A stretch of 43,105 nt of DNA from a virus. Lineage: Duplodnaviria; Caudoviricetes. The first letter of the stretch is position 1; every line of letters starts with the position of its first letter. The stretch lies in the IMG/VR virus record IMGVR_UViG_3300023184_000234, positions 1-43,105 of that record. One strand, written 5' to 3'. Of this stretch, positions 25,215-35,015 are shown in pieces. Below the pieces are notes generated by a model, which was given only the letters and a program-made list of their open reading frames with translations, searched no databases and was not told where the DNA came from. A program made the translations under genes and the position numbers.

Positions 25215-25826
25215 ATGATCAAGTTAACCGGAATAATGTCAGGAGAAAATTATGATCCTGAACCAATGAAATTGATTCGTCAAGATGCTATAATTTCAGC
25301 AGAGTTACAATTTCATTTGGACAAAGGGATGTCATTGACTGAAAATGTATTTCGTACATACAGTGAAAAGTATTTTGAATTAATCAATGAAGTTCGTGAC
25401 TTGTATAACCTAGATTTCATTGAACTTAACGATGAAGATGTAGAACTAATTGAAAGCGATCTTGGATTAACTGGTGTGTATGAAGGTCGTAAGGTATATT
25501 TGGATGCTCCAATTGAGGAAGAAGAGGATTATTTATTGGAGGTTAAACACCGTGGTCGTACAGTTCATTTGAATCGTCCATTTAGAACTTCTGGTGGTGC
25601 AAAGAAGTTTGCTGTGTATGTAAGAGGAAAGAACGGCAATATTAAGAAAGTATCGTTTGGTGATCCCAAGATGAGAATACGTGCAAGTAGTGCTGCTCGT
25701 AGAAAGAGTTTTAGAGCACGTCATAAGTGTGCACAGAAAAAGGATCGTACAACGGCTGGATATTGGAGTTGCAGAAGTCATAGAATCAAGAGTTTAGGTA
25801 CCAAGGGTAAAGGTAGATACTGGTAA
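25215..25826 (+). CDS. conserved phage protein: acidic N-half, very basic C-terminal domain
   Basis: MIKLTGIMSGE start. EEEEDYLLE junction, then KKFAVYVRGKNGNIKKVSFGDPKM...RRKSFRARHKC...YWSCR, a motif I recognise from other T4-like phage hypothetical proteins. Confidence 0.75.
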   Translation: MIKLTGIMSGENYDPEPMKLIRQDAIISAELQFHLDKGMSLTENVFRTYSEKYFELINEVRDLYNLDFIELNDEDVELIESDLGLTGVYEGRKVYLDAPIEEEEDYLLEVKHRGRTVHLNRPFRTSGGAKKFAVYVRGKNGNIKKVSFGDPKMRIRASSAARRKSFRARHKCAQKKDRTTAGYWSCRSHRIKSLGTKGKGRYW

Positions 25827-25827
25827 T

Positions 25828-26409
25828 ATGATTAAGTTAAAATCATTATTATTAGAAACTGACTGGCCTGATGTTATACTAAATGATAAACACATTTGGT
25901 ATCATGGTAGAACTGTTGATAATGTAACGTTTTCTTTGGATTATGTTGGTGGAGAACGTTCGATTGATCAAGAAGGGCCGGGTTTTTATTTTACCAATGA
26001 TCTTGCAAATGCAAGAAGTTATGCGTATCCTAATGGAATTGTATTAAAGTGTAAAGTGGATTATAAAAAATTGATTATCAAGGGTGATGTATCTGAGACA
26101 CAAACGAGTAAAAAGATTGTAATTGATTTGATTAATAGTAGTCCAAACAAGGATTATACTTTGGATAATTTTGATGAAGATCCCAAACTAGCAATGATAA
26201 AAGCAGTCAATGCTTATTTGAAATATACTGATGCTTATGATTCTTATCAGATAATTGCTCGTGATTTTTATAGGTATGATGCAAAAGAATATTTACAGGT
26301 ATTGTCTAAATATTATGATGCTCAACTTACAAAACATGATAACACAATTTATCATTTAGTTGTATATAATCCCGCTATAATAAAAGTTATTGATAAAATT
26401 AAATTATGA
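25828..26409 (+). CDS. ADP-ribosyltransferase-like protein with putative capsid-targeting leader
   Basis: WYHGRT...F...GPGFYFTNDLANARSYA...VVYNP matches the H-Y class ART fold seen in phage polyvalent proteins. Starts MIKLKSLLLE. Confidence 0.65.
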   Translation: MIKLKSLLLETDWPDVILNDKHIWYHGRTVDNVTFSLDYVGGERSIDQEGPGFYFTNDLANARSYAYPNGIVLKCKVDYKKLIIKGDVSETQTSKKIVIDLINSSPNKDYTLDNFDEDPKLAMIKAVNAYLKYTDAYDSYQIIARDFYRYDAKEYLQVLSKYYDAQLTKHDNTIYHLVVYNPAIIKVIDKIKL

Positions 26410-26912
26410 ATAGACATGTTGAAAAAGGATGTTTAATGGCAATGGTGGAACCGACATATGGTCCACATATTGTGCGTATAGGTAAAACTGCAATACCTTC
26501 TGAGATATTGTATACCGATCCAGAAGATCCGACATATGGTTATGATGAAGAACCGCATGTTACTTTAAAGTATGGATTTTTACCAGATTTACAGAAGCGT
26601 GATGTTGCTAGTATATTGAAAGGTGTAAAGCCATTTGATATTGTTTTAAATGCATTGAGTCAATTTAACAATGAAAACTATGATGTAGTTAAGTTTGATG
26701 TTGATAAGAACAATCAACAATTGATGGAGTTGAGAAACAGATGTGATCGATTGCCAAATGAAGATAGTTATCCAGATTATCATCCTCATATGACACTTGC
26801 GTATGTTAAGAAAGGAATGTTTCCACATACCAAAGATGGGTTGAACATTGTTATTCCTATTACCCGATTCAAATATAGCGGTCCACAAGGAAAGTACTAT
26901 ATCAATTTATGA
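26406..26912 (+). CDS. 2H phosphoesterase, Acb1 (T4 gp57B)-like putative anti-CBASS nuclease
   Basis: Two HxT motifs, EPHVTLKYG and YHPHMTLAY, in a stand-alone 168-aa phage protein. ATGA overlaps with both neighbours. Confidence 0.8.
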   Translation: MNRHVEKGCLMAMVEPTYGPHIVRIGKTAIPSEILYTDPEDPTYGYDEEPHVTLKYGFLPDLQKRDVASILKGVKPFDIVLNALSQFNNENYDVVKFDVDKNNQQLMELRNRCDRLPNEDSYPDYHPHMTLAYVKKGMFPHTKDGLNIVIPITRFKYSGPQGKYYINL

Positions 26913-27904
26913 TTAAGTTGAAAGATCTAATTCGTGAAATCACAGATGGTCAAGGATACATGACTGCTGAGAAATTTGGCAGTATTTGTTTGAACCAACT
27001 TACACGAACGTTTCCAGAATATGAGGTGGATTTGTTTGATGTTGCTGATTTCATAAAGGATCAGGTCAAATATAAGATGCCAAAACGGGTATCAATACAC
27101 AATAGTTCTTTACGTGCAAGATTTCACATTGAAACCAATGATAAACTGTATTTTGTCAACATCGTCAATGAGTTTGATAAAGTACCAGAAAGAGAATTAT
27201 CGAATAAATTTACGATGGCAGACGATGATTATTTGATGAGTATGCCATCTGTTAGTTTAGAACCTAAAGATTTAAATACTCCAAATGAGTTGATGCGGTT
27301 TCGTTGTAGTATGGTGTTGCAAGATCGTGACGGAAATACTTTAAATACATTGATTCCAGATCAGAAAACTTCTTCTGTGTATTTTACTGATTATAAGACC
27401 CTTAATGAGTTAATATTGGATGTCAAGACTAAGATTGATGAAGATAAATTTAACGATCTTGGAAAGTTGGATGAAAATGAAGAGGAATTTGATGCGTCTT
27501 CATTGAACAGTGTTAAAGATATTACAGATATTGTTAAGGACGACATGATTAAGGTTGCTCAGGAACAATATGATAGTTGGCAACAAGACGAAAACGGTGA
27601 TGATGTCGAACTTGGTAGAGGCGGTATATGTCATTTGATAGCTGAGGATTTGATTGGGGTTTTATACAGACACAAGATTGAAAATGTTCAAACTGTATGC
27701 AGTACATATGAACAACATGTTTATATTGTTGGTCAGTTTAAGGAAGGTGTGTACGAAATAGATATACCATATGATGTATATGAGACCGGTGGTGGATATA
27801 ATTGGACGAAACGTCCGGATGTAGAATTCAATAGAAACGACATAGTTATCAGTAGATTAAGCAGTGATCCGAGTGAGTATAACAATTATGTCGATACCAT
27901 ATAA
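26909..27904 (+). CDS. two-domain protein, C-terminal domain with Cys-His-Asp (papain/transglutaminase-like) pattern
   Basis: MIKLKDLIRE leader, internal KLDENEEE linker, then GGICHLIA...EQHVY...YEIDIP. Confidence 0.55.
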   Translation: MIKLKDLIREITDGQGYMTAEKFGSICLNQLTRTFPEYEVDLFDVADFIKDQVKYKMPKRVSIHNSSLRARFHIETNDKLYFVNIVNEFDKVPERELSNKFTMADDDYLMSMPSVSLEPKDLNTPNELMRFRCSMVLQDRDGNTLNTLIPDQKTSSVYFTDYKTLNELILDVKTKIDEDKFNDLGKLDENEEEFDASSLNSVKDITDIVKDDMIKVAQEQYDSWQQDENGDDVELGRGGICHLIAEDLIGVLYRHKIENVQTVCSTYEQHVYIVGQFKEGVYEIDIPYDVYETGGGYNWTKRPDVEFNRNDIVISRLSSDPSEYNNYVDTI

Positions 27905-28154
27905 AGAAACGGTGTTGGGTAATAATCAATATCTTCGTACTTTTTCAGAAGATGTTGATGATCATGAATTAGAGTGGCATAAAGACCGAGAAGACCGTAT
28001 AGTTGAGGTTATAGAGAATCACGGATGGGAGTTTCAGATGGATAATGAACTCCCAGTGTATCTTGAAAATACATTATTTATACCCAAAGAAACATATCAT
28101 AGAGTGATTAAAGGCAATGGCCAATTAATAGTGAAGATAACTAAACTCATATGA
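27888..28154 (+). CDS. small cupin-like protein
   Basis: LEWHKDREDR (motif 1) and LFIPKETYHRVIKG (motif 2). Start moved to ATG 27888. Confidence 0.7.
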   Translation: MSIPYKETVLGNNQYLRTFSEDVDDHELEWHKDREDRIVEVIENHGWEFQMDNELPVYLENTLFIPKETYHRVIKGNGQLIVKITKLI

Positions 28155-28167
28155 TATTTATATCTTA

Positions 28168-29358
28168 ATGAGTGCTAATTTAGATTCCGATAGAGTAAGA
28201 TGGCCTGGCAGCGGTAGTGCTGTTCCGGGTAGAACACCATTTGGATTTTACGACACGGACGCTCGCTTTGTGGCTGATTGCAGTAGCAGTGCGGTCTGGG
28301 CAGCGATTCGTTTGGGATATCCTATTGAAGATATCGAAATGATTGATTTGAACTTTTATGCAGCATTTGAAGAAGCTGTGACGGAATATGGTTCTCAAAT
28401 CAATCAGTTTAATATTAGAAACAATTTGTTATCATTGATGGGACAATCTACGTCAACCGTGGTGAATGGACGTTCTATGACGGGAGATCCGTTGCCATAT
28501 GTTATTAAGATGTCCAAGGCTTATGGAAGTGAAGTGGGTGTTGGTGGCAACGTAGATTGGAAAAAGGGTAGTATTGACGTTATAACTGGACAACAGACGT
28601 ATGATTTACAATCTTTGTATGAACAAGCATCTGGATCTGGAAATCGTATTGAAGTAAAGAGAATTTTTCACAATGGACCGCCAGCATTTGCACGTATTTA
28701 TGATCCATTTAGTATGACTGGTATGTCATATAGCAACGTATTGAATGAAATGGGGTTTGCTGGATATAGTCCTGCTGTTCAATTTTTGATGACACCTATA
28801 TTTGAAGATTTGCTTCGTGGTCAAGCAATTGAATTCAATGATATGGTTCGTAAGAGTAGTTATAGTTTTGAAATTGTAAACAACAAGTTGAAATTGTTTC
28901 CAATTCCTACAAGCAACTACAAAGTTTATTTTGAGTATGCATTGGAAAGTGATAGAGACGCTAATGCATATTATACCGGATCATCAAATACACCATCTGG
29001 TAGTTTGCCTGATCAAATTTCGGATTTTAGTAATGTACCATATGAAGATGTGATATATCACAAAATCAATTCTCCGGGCAGACAGTGGATACGTAAGTAT
29101 TATTTGGCGTTGTGTAAAGAAATGTTGGGTGCGATACGTCAAAAATATAGTACAATACCAATTCCCGGTGGTGAAGTAACACTTGATGGTGCTGAATTAC
29201 GTAGTGAAGCAAGCAATGAAAAAGAAGTTCTCATGACACAACTTCGTGATATGTTGGAAGCATCATTGCCTTCCAAATTGATTGAAGAACAGGCGATGAA
29301 AGCTGATAAGAGCACTGAGATATTGCGAAAAGTTCCACTTATGATTTATATAGGATAA
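28168..29358 (+). CDS. neck / head-completion protein (T4 gp13-like)
   Basis: RLGYPIEDIE and WIRKYYLALCKEMLGAIRQKY...IPGGEVTLDG motifs. TATTTATA at 28155-28162. Confidence 0.85.
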   Translation: MSANLDSDRVRWPGSGSAVPGRTPFGFYDTDARFVADCSSSAVWAAIRLGYPIEDIEMIDLNFYAAFEEAVTEYGSQINQFNIRNNLLSLMGQSTSTVVNGRSMTGDPLPYVIKMSKAYGSEVGVGGNVDWKKGSIDVITGQQTYDLQSLYEQASGSGNRIEVKRIFHNGPPAFARIYDPFSMTGMSYSNVLNEMGFAGYSPAVQFLMTPIFEDLLRGQAIEFNDMVRKSSYSFEIVNNKLKLFPIPTSNYKVYFEYALESDRDANAYYTGSSNTPSGSLPDQISDFSNVPYEDVIYHKINSPGRQWIRKYYLALCKEMLGAIRQKYSTIPIPGGEVTLDGAELRSEASNEKEVLMTQLRDMLEASLPSKLIEEQAMKADKSTEILRKVPLMIYIG

Positions 29359-29361
29359 ATT

Positions 29362-29838
29362 ATGGCATCACTACGAGGAAGATATTTTAGTGCTCGTGAT
29401 ATTAATTTTATCAATTCTATTAATGCGGAATTGATGGGTGATATTATTGAGACGATTGTTACGGTGTTTAAGATTGCTGCATCTGAAACCAAGGTCAATA
29501 TGTATGGTGAAGCAGCACCTTGTGAGGGTAAAACATTTTATCCCGGTATTGATATAAGTTGTTTGATTGACCGTGGAGATATTACTGGTGAAGATGAAGG
29601 ATTTGGACCAGACCGTGATCAAACGGTGGTGTTCAAATTCAGAGAAAAGATGTGTCAACAGGTGAACTTCTTTCCTCAAATTGGTGATATCGTTTTCTTT
29701 AATGATCGTTATCATGAAATTGATAACGTGGTTCAAGAACAATTCTTGGGTGGACAAGATACCAAGAGTCACAGTTTTATTTGCAATACTCACTATAGCA
29801 GATTGAGTAAACTAAACATATTTGAGAGACAGGTATAA
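29362..29838 (+). CDS. head-closure / neck protein (T4 gp14-like)
   Basis: Follows gp13-like gene. NMYGE and FPQIGDIVFFNDRYHEIDNV motifs. Confidence 0.7.
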   Translation: MASLRGRYFSARDINFINSINAELMGDIIETIVTVFKIAASETKVNMYGEAAPCEGKTFYPGIDISCLIDRGDITGEDEGFGPDRDQTVVFKFREKMCQQVNFFPQIGDIVFFNDRYHEIDNVVQEQFLGGQDTKSHSFICNTHYSRLSKLNIFERQV

Positions 29839-29841
29839 TTT

Positions 29842-31011
29842 ATGGCATGGAAAGGAAATCCAAATAATCCAGCACCTAATTTCAGAAATGAAACGAAAAA
29901 TGTTGCGGAGGTAAAAGCAACTATTAATCGTGCAACTCAAGTGCGTAGAGATCAAGATAAAGATAAAAACTTTACAATATCCTTGATGGATATTGATACT
30001 GCTATTTTTGAATATCTGGATCAAGTGATTAATTTAACGGTGGAAGATAATGGGGAAAACGTAAAAGTTCCTATTATGTATGGAAGTCCTGAACGTTGGA
30101 AAGCTATACAAAATGATGGTGTATTGCGTGATAATCAAGGCAAACTTCAGTTGCCTGCTATCATGTATAAAAGAAACACCGTCGCAAAAAATGAAAATCT
30201 TGCAACGTTTAATCGTCATTTGAATCTTCAAGTGTTGAAGAAATTTGATGAAAAAAACAAATATGACAAATTTTCATTGTTAACAAAATCGAGTGCACCA
30301 GTTGCTCAAGTGTTGAATGTAACAATGCCTGACCACGTAACATTAACTTACGAGTTTATGTTATGGACAGAATATGTTGAACAAATGAATTTATTGATTG
30401 AAAGAATCAATTGGGCAGCTGAAGAATATTGGGGTGATCCAAAACGATTTAAGTTTAGAGTTTATATTAATGATTATAGCAATACCACCGAAGTTAATTC
30501 GGGTAAAGATCGTATGGTTCGTACTACATTCAATATGACTGTTCAAGCATATTTGCTTGCAGAATCATTTGAAAACAAAACACCAACAACCACAAAAACA
30601 CTTACTAATAGAAAAGTAATTGTAACAAGTGAAATTGTTAGTGCTACTCAAATGGCCGAAGTTGAAAAGGATATACGTAAGGAATCATATAAAAAACCAG
30701 TACCATATCATTATGTTAACCCAATGGTTCCTGATGGTGAAGAGTTTAGACAGCCGGTAGTGACTGCAACTGATGGTAGTGGCATATCATCAACTCCAAA
30801 AATGCCATCGTCTCAAATTGAGAGTATTACAACTGCTTACAACAATTTATCAAGCGTAAAATCTAAGAATAATTCGTTATGGCATAAAGCTCCGGAAAAT
30901 CAAGATTCTTATGGAGAAGAAGGATGGATGGCGTATGATGACAATTATCATTATATTTACATAAATGGTAAATGGTTGAGACAACCACTTAACAACTTTA
31001 ACAGTTTTTAA
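29842..31011 (+). CDS. tail terminator / sheath-stabiliser protein (T4 gp15-like) with C-terminal extension
   Basis: [33 protein letters not shown]...QMNLLIE. Third gene of the gp13-14-15 order. Confidence 0.78.
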   Translation: MAWKGNPNNPAPNFRNETKNVAEVKATINRATQVRRDQDKDKNFTISLMDIDTAIFEYLDQVINLTVEDNGENVKVPIMYGSPERWKAIQNDGVLRDNQGKLQLPAIMYKRNTVAKNENLATFNRHLNLQVLKKFDEKNKYDKFSLLTKSSAPVAQVLNVTMPDHVTLTYEFMLWTEYVEQMNLLIERINWAAEEYWGDPKRFKFRVYINDYSNTTEVNSGKDRMVRTTFNMTVQAYLLAESFENKTPTTTKTLTNRKVIVTSEIVSATQMAEVEKDIRKESYKKPVPYHYVNPMVPDGEEFRQPVVTATDGSGISSTPKMPSSQIESITTAYNNLSSVKSKNNSLWHKAPENQDSYGEEGWMAYDDNYHYIYINGKWLRQPLNNFNSF

Positions 31012-31013
31012 TT

Positions 31014-34000
31014 ATGGCTGATTTAGATCCAAAATCTATAGTTTTTACACAAAGAAACGACTTGGGAACCGGATTTTCACAGGTTAATATATCCGGTTCA
31101 AATTTATACATTAAAACAGATGAAACCGGCAATTTGATAGGACTACCAATTACTGGAAGTTTGGCGGGTACATCAGGCACAAGTGGTGTTACAGGAGAAT
31201 CAGGTACATCAGGTACATCAGGTACATCAGGTACATCTGGTACATCAGGCACAAGTGGTGTTACAGGAGAATCAGGTACATCTGGTACATCAGGCACAAG
31301 TGGTGTTACAGGAGAATCAGGCACATCTGGTACATCTGGTACATCTGGTACATCTGGTACATCTGGTACATCTGGTACATCTGGTACATCTGGTACATCT
31401 GGTACATCAGGTACATCTGGTACATCAGGTACATCAGGCACAAGTGGTGTTACAGGAGAATCCGGTACATCAGGCACAAGTGGTGTTACAGGTGCGACTG
31501 GAACAAGTGGAACAAGCGGTGCTCAAGGTGTGACGGGGACAAGTGGAACAAGCGGTGTTACAGGAGAATCAGGTACATCAGGCACAAGTGGTGTTACAGG
31601 TGCAACTGGAACAAGTGGAACAAGCGGTGTTACAGGTGCGACTGGAACAAGTGGAACAAGCGGTGTTACAGGTGCGACTGGAACAAGTGGAACAAGCGGT
31701 GTTACAGGTGCGACTGGAACAAGTGGAACAAGCGGTGCTCAAGGTGCACAAGGTGCGTCAGGTGTTTCTGGGTTTCAAGATATCGATTGGTTACATTTTA
31801 CGCCTGACTGGGGTCTTACTTTGCCTTCTACAGGGAACGTATTTATCCTCACTGGAACAACAAGTTCTTATGGTGACGTTTCATATAACAGCAGTAATGG
31901 AAGAATTACTTTAGCGGCCAATAAAACTTATAACATACGTGCATCACTAGCACTTTCTAATGATGTAAACAATGCGGAAATAGATTATCAATGGATAAAT
32001 GTGACAGCGGGTAATGTGACAGTAGGGAATGTTGGTGGGTTATTGGTAAATTCAAGCAATCCACCCGCTGCTTGGCAGCCAGTGGCCGAAGCTATTATAA
32101 CAACCTCGGTTTCAACTACAGTTGCATTGAAATGTGTTTTTAGCAATTCCACCGGCGGGTTAAATTCAGGAATGTCGTATTTCATAGTTCAAGAAATAAA
32201 CGGTTATTCCGGAACTAGTGGTACATCCGGAACAACAGGTACATCTGGTACTAGTGGTAGAAATGGAACATCTGGAACATCTGGAACATCTGGTGTACAA
32301 GGTGCTGATGGAACTTCAGGTACTTCACCATCTGGTGTTGTAAACTATTCACAAATACTTGGTACATCACGAACTTTAAGTACCACCGTAGATATAATTA
32401 GTGGTAGTATCAGTACAACTGGAAAACCTGTTCATATTTTAGTATCAGGAGACGCAAATCCATCCAATGCTGGTTCTTGGTGTATTTTACGTTTATATAG
32501 AGATTCTACAGCTATTGGACAAGCTGTACAAGCTGAATCATCTGGTCCGAATGAAAACGTGCCATATTGTATTCAAGTTGTAGATAATCCATCGGCTGGA
32601 ACATACACTTACAAATTAAAAATTGATACTATAGCTGGTGGTTCGTTCCAATTTGGAGAATCAGCTGGTCCAGTATTAACAATGATAGAACTTACTGGTG
32701 CAGGTACAAGTGGGATAACAGGAACGAGTGGAACAAGTGGGATAACAGGAACGAGTGGAACTTCAGGTGCTACTGGTACATCAGGTACATCAGGTGTTCA
32801 AGGTGCAAGTGGAACAAGTGGCATTTCCGGCACCTCCGGAACTTCAAATCCCGGTGCGGTAATAACAACTGGTTCTGAATATCAATCTACACCGGCAATT
32901 TCGGTTACAAGTGCGACACCAGTTGATATTTTATCATTTACAATTCCTGTTGCAGGCGTGTTTGAAATAACATATTTTTTAAGAGCGCAAGGAAGTCCCG
33001 TATTTGCTGGAGAGTTCGCTTTAACAGATAATAGTAATAATATTTTAACTAATTCTGAAATTTTAGCTGCGTATGGACAAAATGCGGGTACCGGGACTGG
33101 AAAATATATTGTAAACATCAATGGCTCTACAACATACAAATTAAGAGCTTGGGCATCTGGCGGAACCTACTTTTCACAACATGACAATAACGGAAGAACT
33201 GGTGTTGTATGGAATAGTTTAAGTGGACAAGGCGTATCAGGAACGTCAGGAACGAGTGGAAGTAGTGGAAGTAGTGGAAGTAGTGGACGTAGTGGTTCTA
33301 GCGGTACATCAGGTGTAGGTTCTGCTGGTACAAGCGGTACATCAGGTGTAGGTTCTGCTGGTACAAGCGGTACATCAGGTGTAGGTTCTGCTGGTACAAG
33401 CGGATCATCAGGTACCAGCGGTTCTAGTGGAACACTAACATTAACTGGTACAACTGATAATGGTGTAATGACTCTAAATGGCACTGCACCAAATGCGACG
33501 GTAGAAAGTGATTTAATATTTTCTGCATCTACCTTACGTACACCATTCCTAACAGTTACTAACTCCTCTGGAGATGAAGGTGGTGAAATTCTTTTAACTA
33601 AACCAGCAACCAACACAACTTTAGTTGGTACAGGTATAATATTTGACTCATATCAAAACCAACTAAGATTTTTTGAACAAGGTGGTACTTCTAGAGGTGT
33701 TTATATTGATATTACAACATGTGCAGCAGGTGTAGGTACAAATTTATTGAGTGGTACGAGCTTTCCAACTTGGACAAGTGCTGGAGCAATTACACTTACT
33801 GCAACTACTACCAATCCTACAAAAGGTACAACAACTTTTGACAATATTAGTTATCGTCAACTCGGCGCTAAAGAGTGGGAAATAGTTTTAACATATATAC
33901 AGACATCTGCTAGTGGACTCTCTGGTGCCGGTGATTATTTAATCACTCTGCCTAACAGTCTTTCATTTAATACTACTTTACCTAGTCAACAAATCTATAC

Positions 34001-34238
34001 TGGCAACGTTGGAGTTAGTACATGGTCACATTTACCATATGTAATACCAAATGGTAACGGAACGATTACTAATTTAACAGTTGGTGGTACGTTGTTTCCT
34101 ATGATTTACAATAGTACAAAGTTTCGTATACTAACGTTTACATACGGCTCTGGTATACAATGTTGGGGTAGTGGTTTTTATAGTATCGGCGGGGATAATC
34201 CTAAAGTACAACTAACATTCAGATTTACATCTACATAA
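31014..34238 (+). CDS. collagen-like fibre protein with four G-X-Y blocks separated by beta-sandwich domains
   Basis: 1074 aa. [12 protein letters not shown] triplet blocks at about 31167-31775, 32202-32330, 32703-32846 and 33225-33437, with globular beta-rich spacers. Confidence 0.8.
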   Translation: MADLDPKSIVFTQRNDLGTGFSQVNISGSNLYIKTDETGNLIGLPITGSLAGTSGTSGVTGESGTSGTSGTSGTSGTSGTSGVTGESGTSGTSGTSGVTGESGTSGTSGTSGTSGTSGTSGTSGTSGTSGTSGTSGTSGTSGTSGVTGESGTSGTSGVTGATGTSGTSGAQGVTGTSGTSGVTGESGTSGTSGVTGATGTSGTSGVTGATGTSGTSGVTGATGTSGTSGVTGATGTSGTSGAQGAQGASGVSGFQDIDWLHFTPDWGLTLPSTGNVFILTGTTSSYGDVSYNSSNGRITLAANKTYNIRASLALSNDVNNAEIDYQWINVTAGNVTVGNVGGLLVNSSNPPAAWQPVAEAIITTSVSTTVALKCVFSNSTGGLNSGMSYFIVQEINGYSGTSGTSGTTGTSGTSGRNGTSGTSGTSGVQGADGTSGTSPSGVVNYSQILGTSRTLSTTVDIISGSISTTGKPVHILVSGDANPSNAGSWCILRLYRDSTAIGQAVQAESSGPNENVPYCIQVVDNPSAGTYTYKLKIDTIAGGSFQFGESAGPVLTMIELTGAGTSGITGTSGTSGITGTSGTSGATGTSGTSGVQGASGTSGISGTSGTSNPGAVITTGSEYQSTPAISVTSATPVDILSFTIPVAGVFEITYFLRAQGSPVFAGEFALTDNSNNILTNSEILAAYGQNAGTGTGKYIVNINGSTTYKLRAWASGGTYFSQHDNNGRTGVVWNSLSGQGVSGTSGTSGSSGSSGSSGRSGSSGTSGVGSAGTSGTSGVGSAGTSGTSGVGSAGTSGSSGTSGSSGTLTLTGTTDNGVMTLNGTAPNATVESDLIFSASTLRTPFLTVTNSSGDEGGEILLTKPATNTTLVGTGIIFDSYQNQLRFFEQGGTSRGVYIDITTCAAGVGTNLLSGTSFPTWTSAGAITLTATTTNPTKGTTTFDNISYRQLGAKEWEIVLTYIQTSASGLSGAGDYLITLPNSLSFNTTLPSQQIYTGNVGVSTWSHLPYVIPNGNGTITNLTVGGTLFPMIYNSTKFRILTFTYGSGIQCWGSGFYSIGGDNPKVQLTFRFTST
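31167..31775 (+). repeat. 9-bp-period G-X-Y coding repeat
   Basis: GGTACATC(A/T), GGCACAAGT, GGTGTTACA and GGAGAATCA units in tandem. Confidence 0.92.
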
Positions 34239-34286
34239 ATTTATATTAACTGGGTTGAAACATTAGTTTAAAGATATTTATTGTAT

Positions 34287-34988
34287 ATGCAATTTGGACC
34301 ATCTATCAGAAATAATTTAAGCGGTATATCTTCAATAATAGATTTTTCTAATATAGGTAGTTATCCCGGCAGTGGTTCCACTGTTTATGATCTTATTAGT
34401 ACGACTAACAGTACTTTGATAGCATCTCCTACATTTTATTCGCCATCTCTACTCGCAAATGGCGGTGATCATATTTATTTAAATGGTACAACTCAAAGTA
34501 TTAACATGGGATCTACACCATCAAATGGATATAGTGTAACTATAAGTGTGTGGATTTATTTTGATTATTATAGAAATTTTGGTATATTTGGTAAAGGTAC
34601 ATTTAATCAACCGTTTAGTGGATTTTATTTTGACGTAGCAACAAATACAGGAAACCAATATAATAATAAACCTTATTTATTTTATCCCACTTCTACTACA
34701 GGTCAGGATGGCTTTTTTTGTGCTACTACCATACCAATTGGTACGTGGTGTAATTATACATTTTATAAGTCAAATGCGGTATATGCTATTTATTTAAATG
34801 GTGTGGTGGATGGTGCACGTTCTATGTCTTATAATGATAATATGACAGGCAATTTAACTATGGGACTCACTAAAACAAATGCTTTTGGACAGTGTAGAAT
34901 TTCTCAGGTAGTAACATGGAGTTATGCGCTTTCGGCAGCAGAAATACTTGCATATTATAACGCAACTAAATTTAGATATGGTCTTTAA
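34287..34988 (+). CDS. LamG/concanavalin A-like lectin-domain protein, paralogue 1 (most divergent)
   Basis: MQFGP...SYPGSGSTVYDL...TISVW...YLNG...EILAYYNATKFRYGL. Start moved to ATG 34287. TATTTATT at 34275-34282. Confidence 0.8.
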   Translation: MQFGPSIRNNLSGISSIIDFSNIGSYPGSGSTVYDLISTTNSTLIASPTFYSPSLLANGGDHIYLNGTTQSINMGSTPSNGYSVTISVWIYFDYYRNFGIFGKGTFNQPFSGFYFDVATNTGNQYNNKPYLFYPTSTTGQDGFFCATTIPIGTWCNYTFYKSNAVYAIYLNGVVDGARSMSYNDNMTGNLTMGLTKTNAFGQCRISQVVTWSYALSAAEILAYYNATKFRYGL

Positions 34989-35015
34989 TATTTATTGATT
35001 ATATTTATAAAATAT

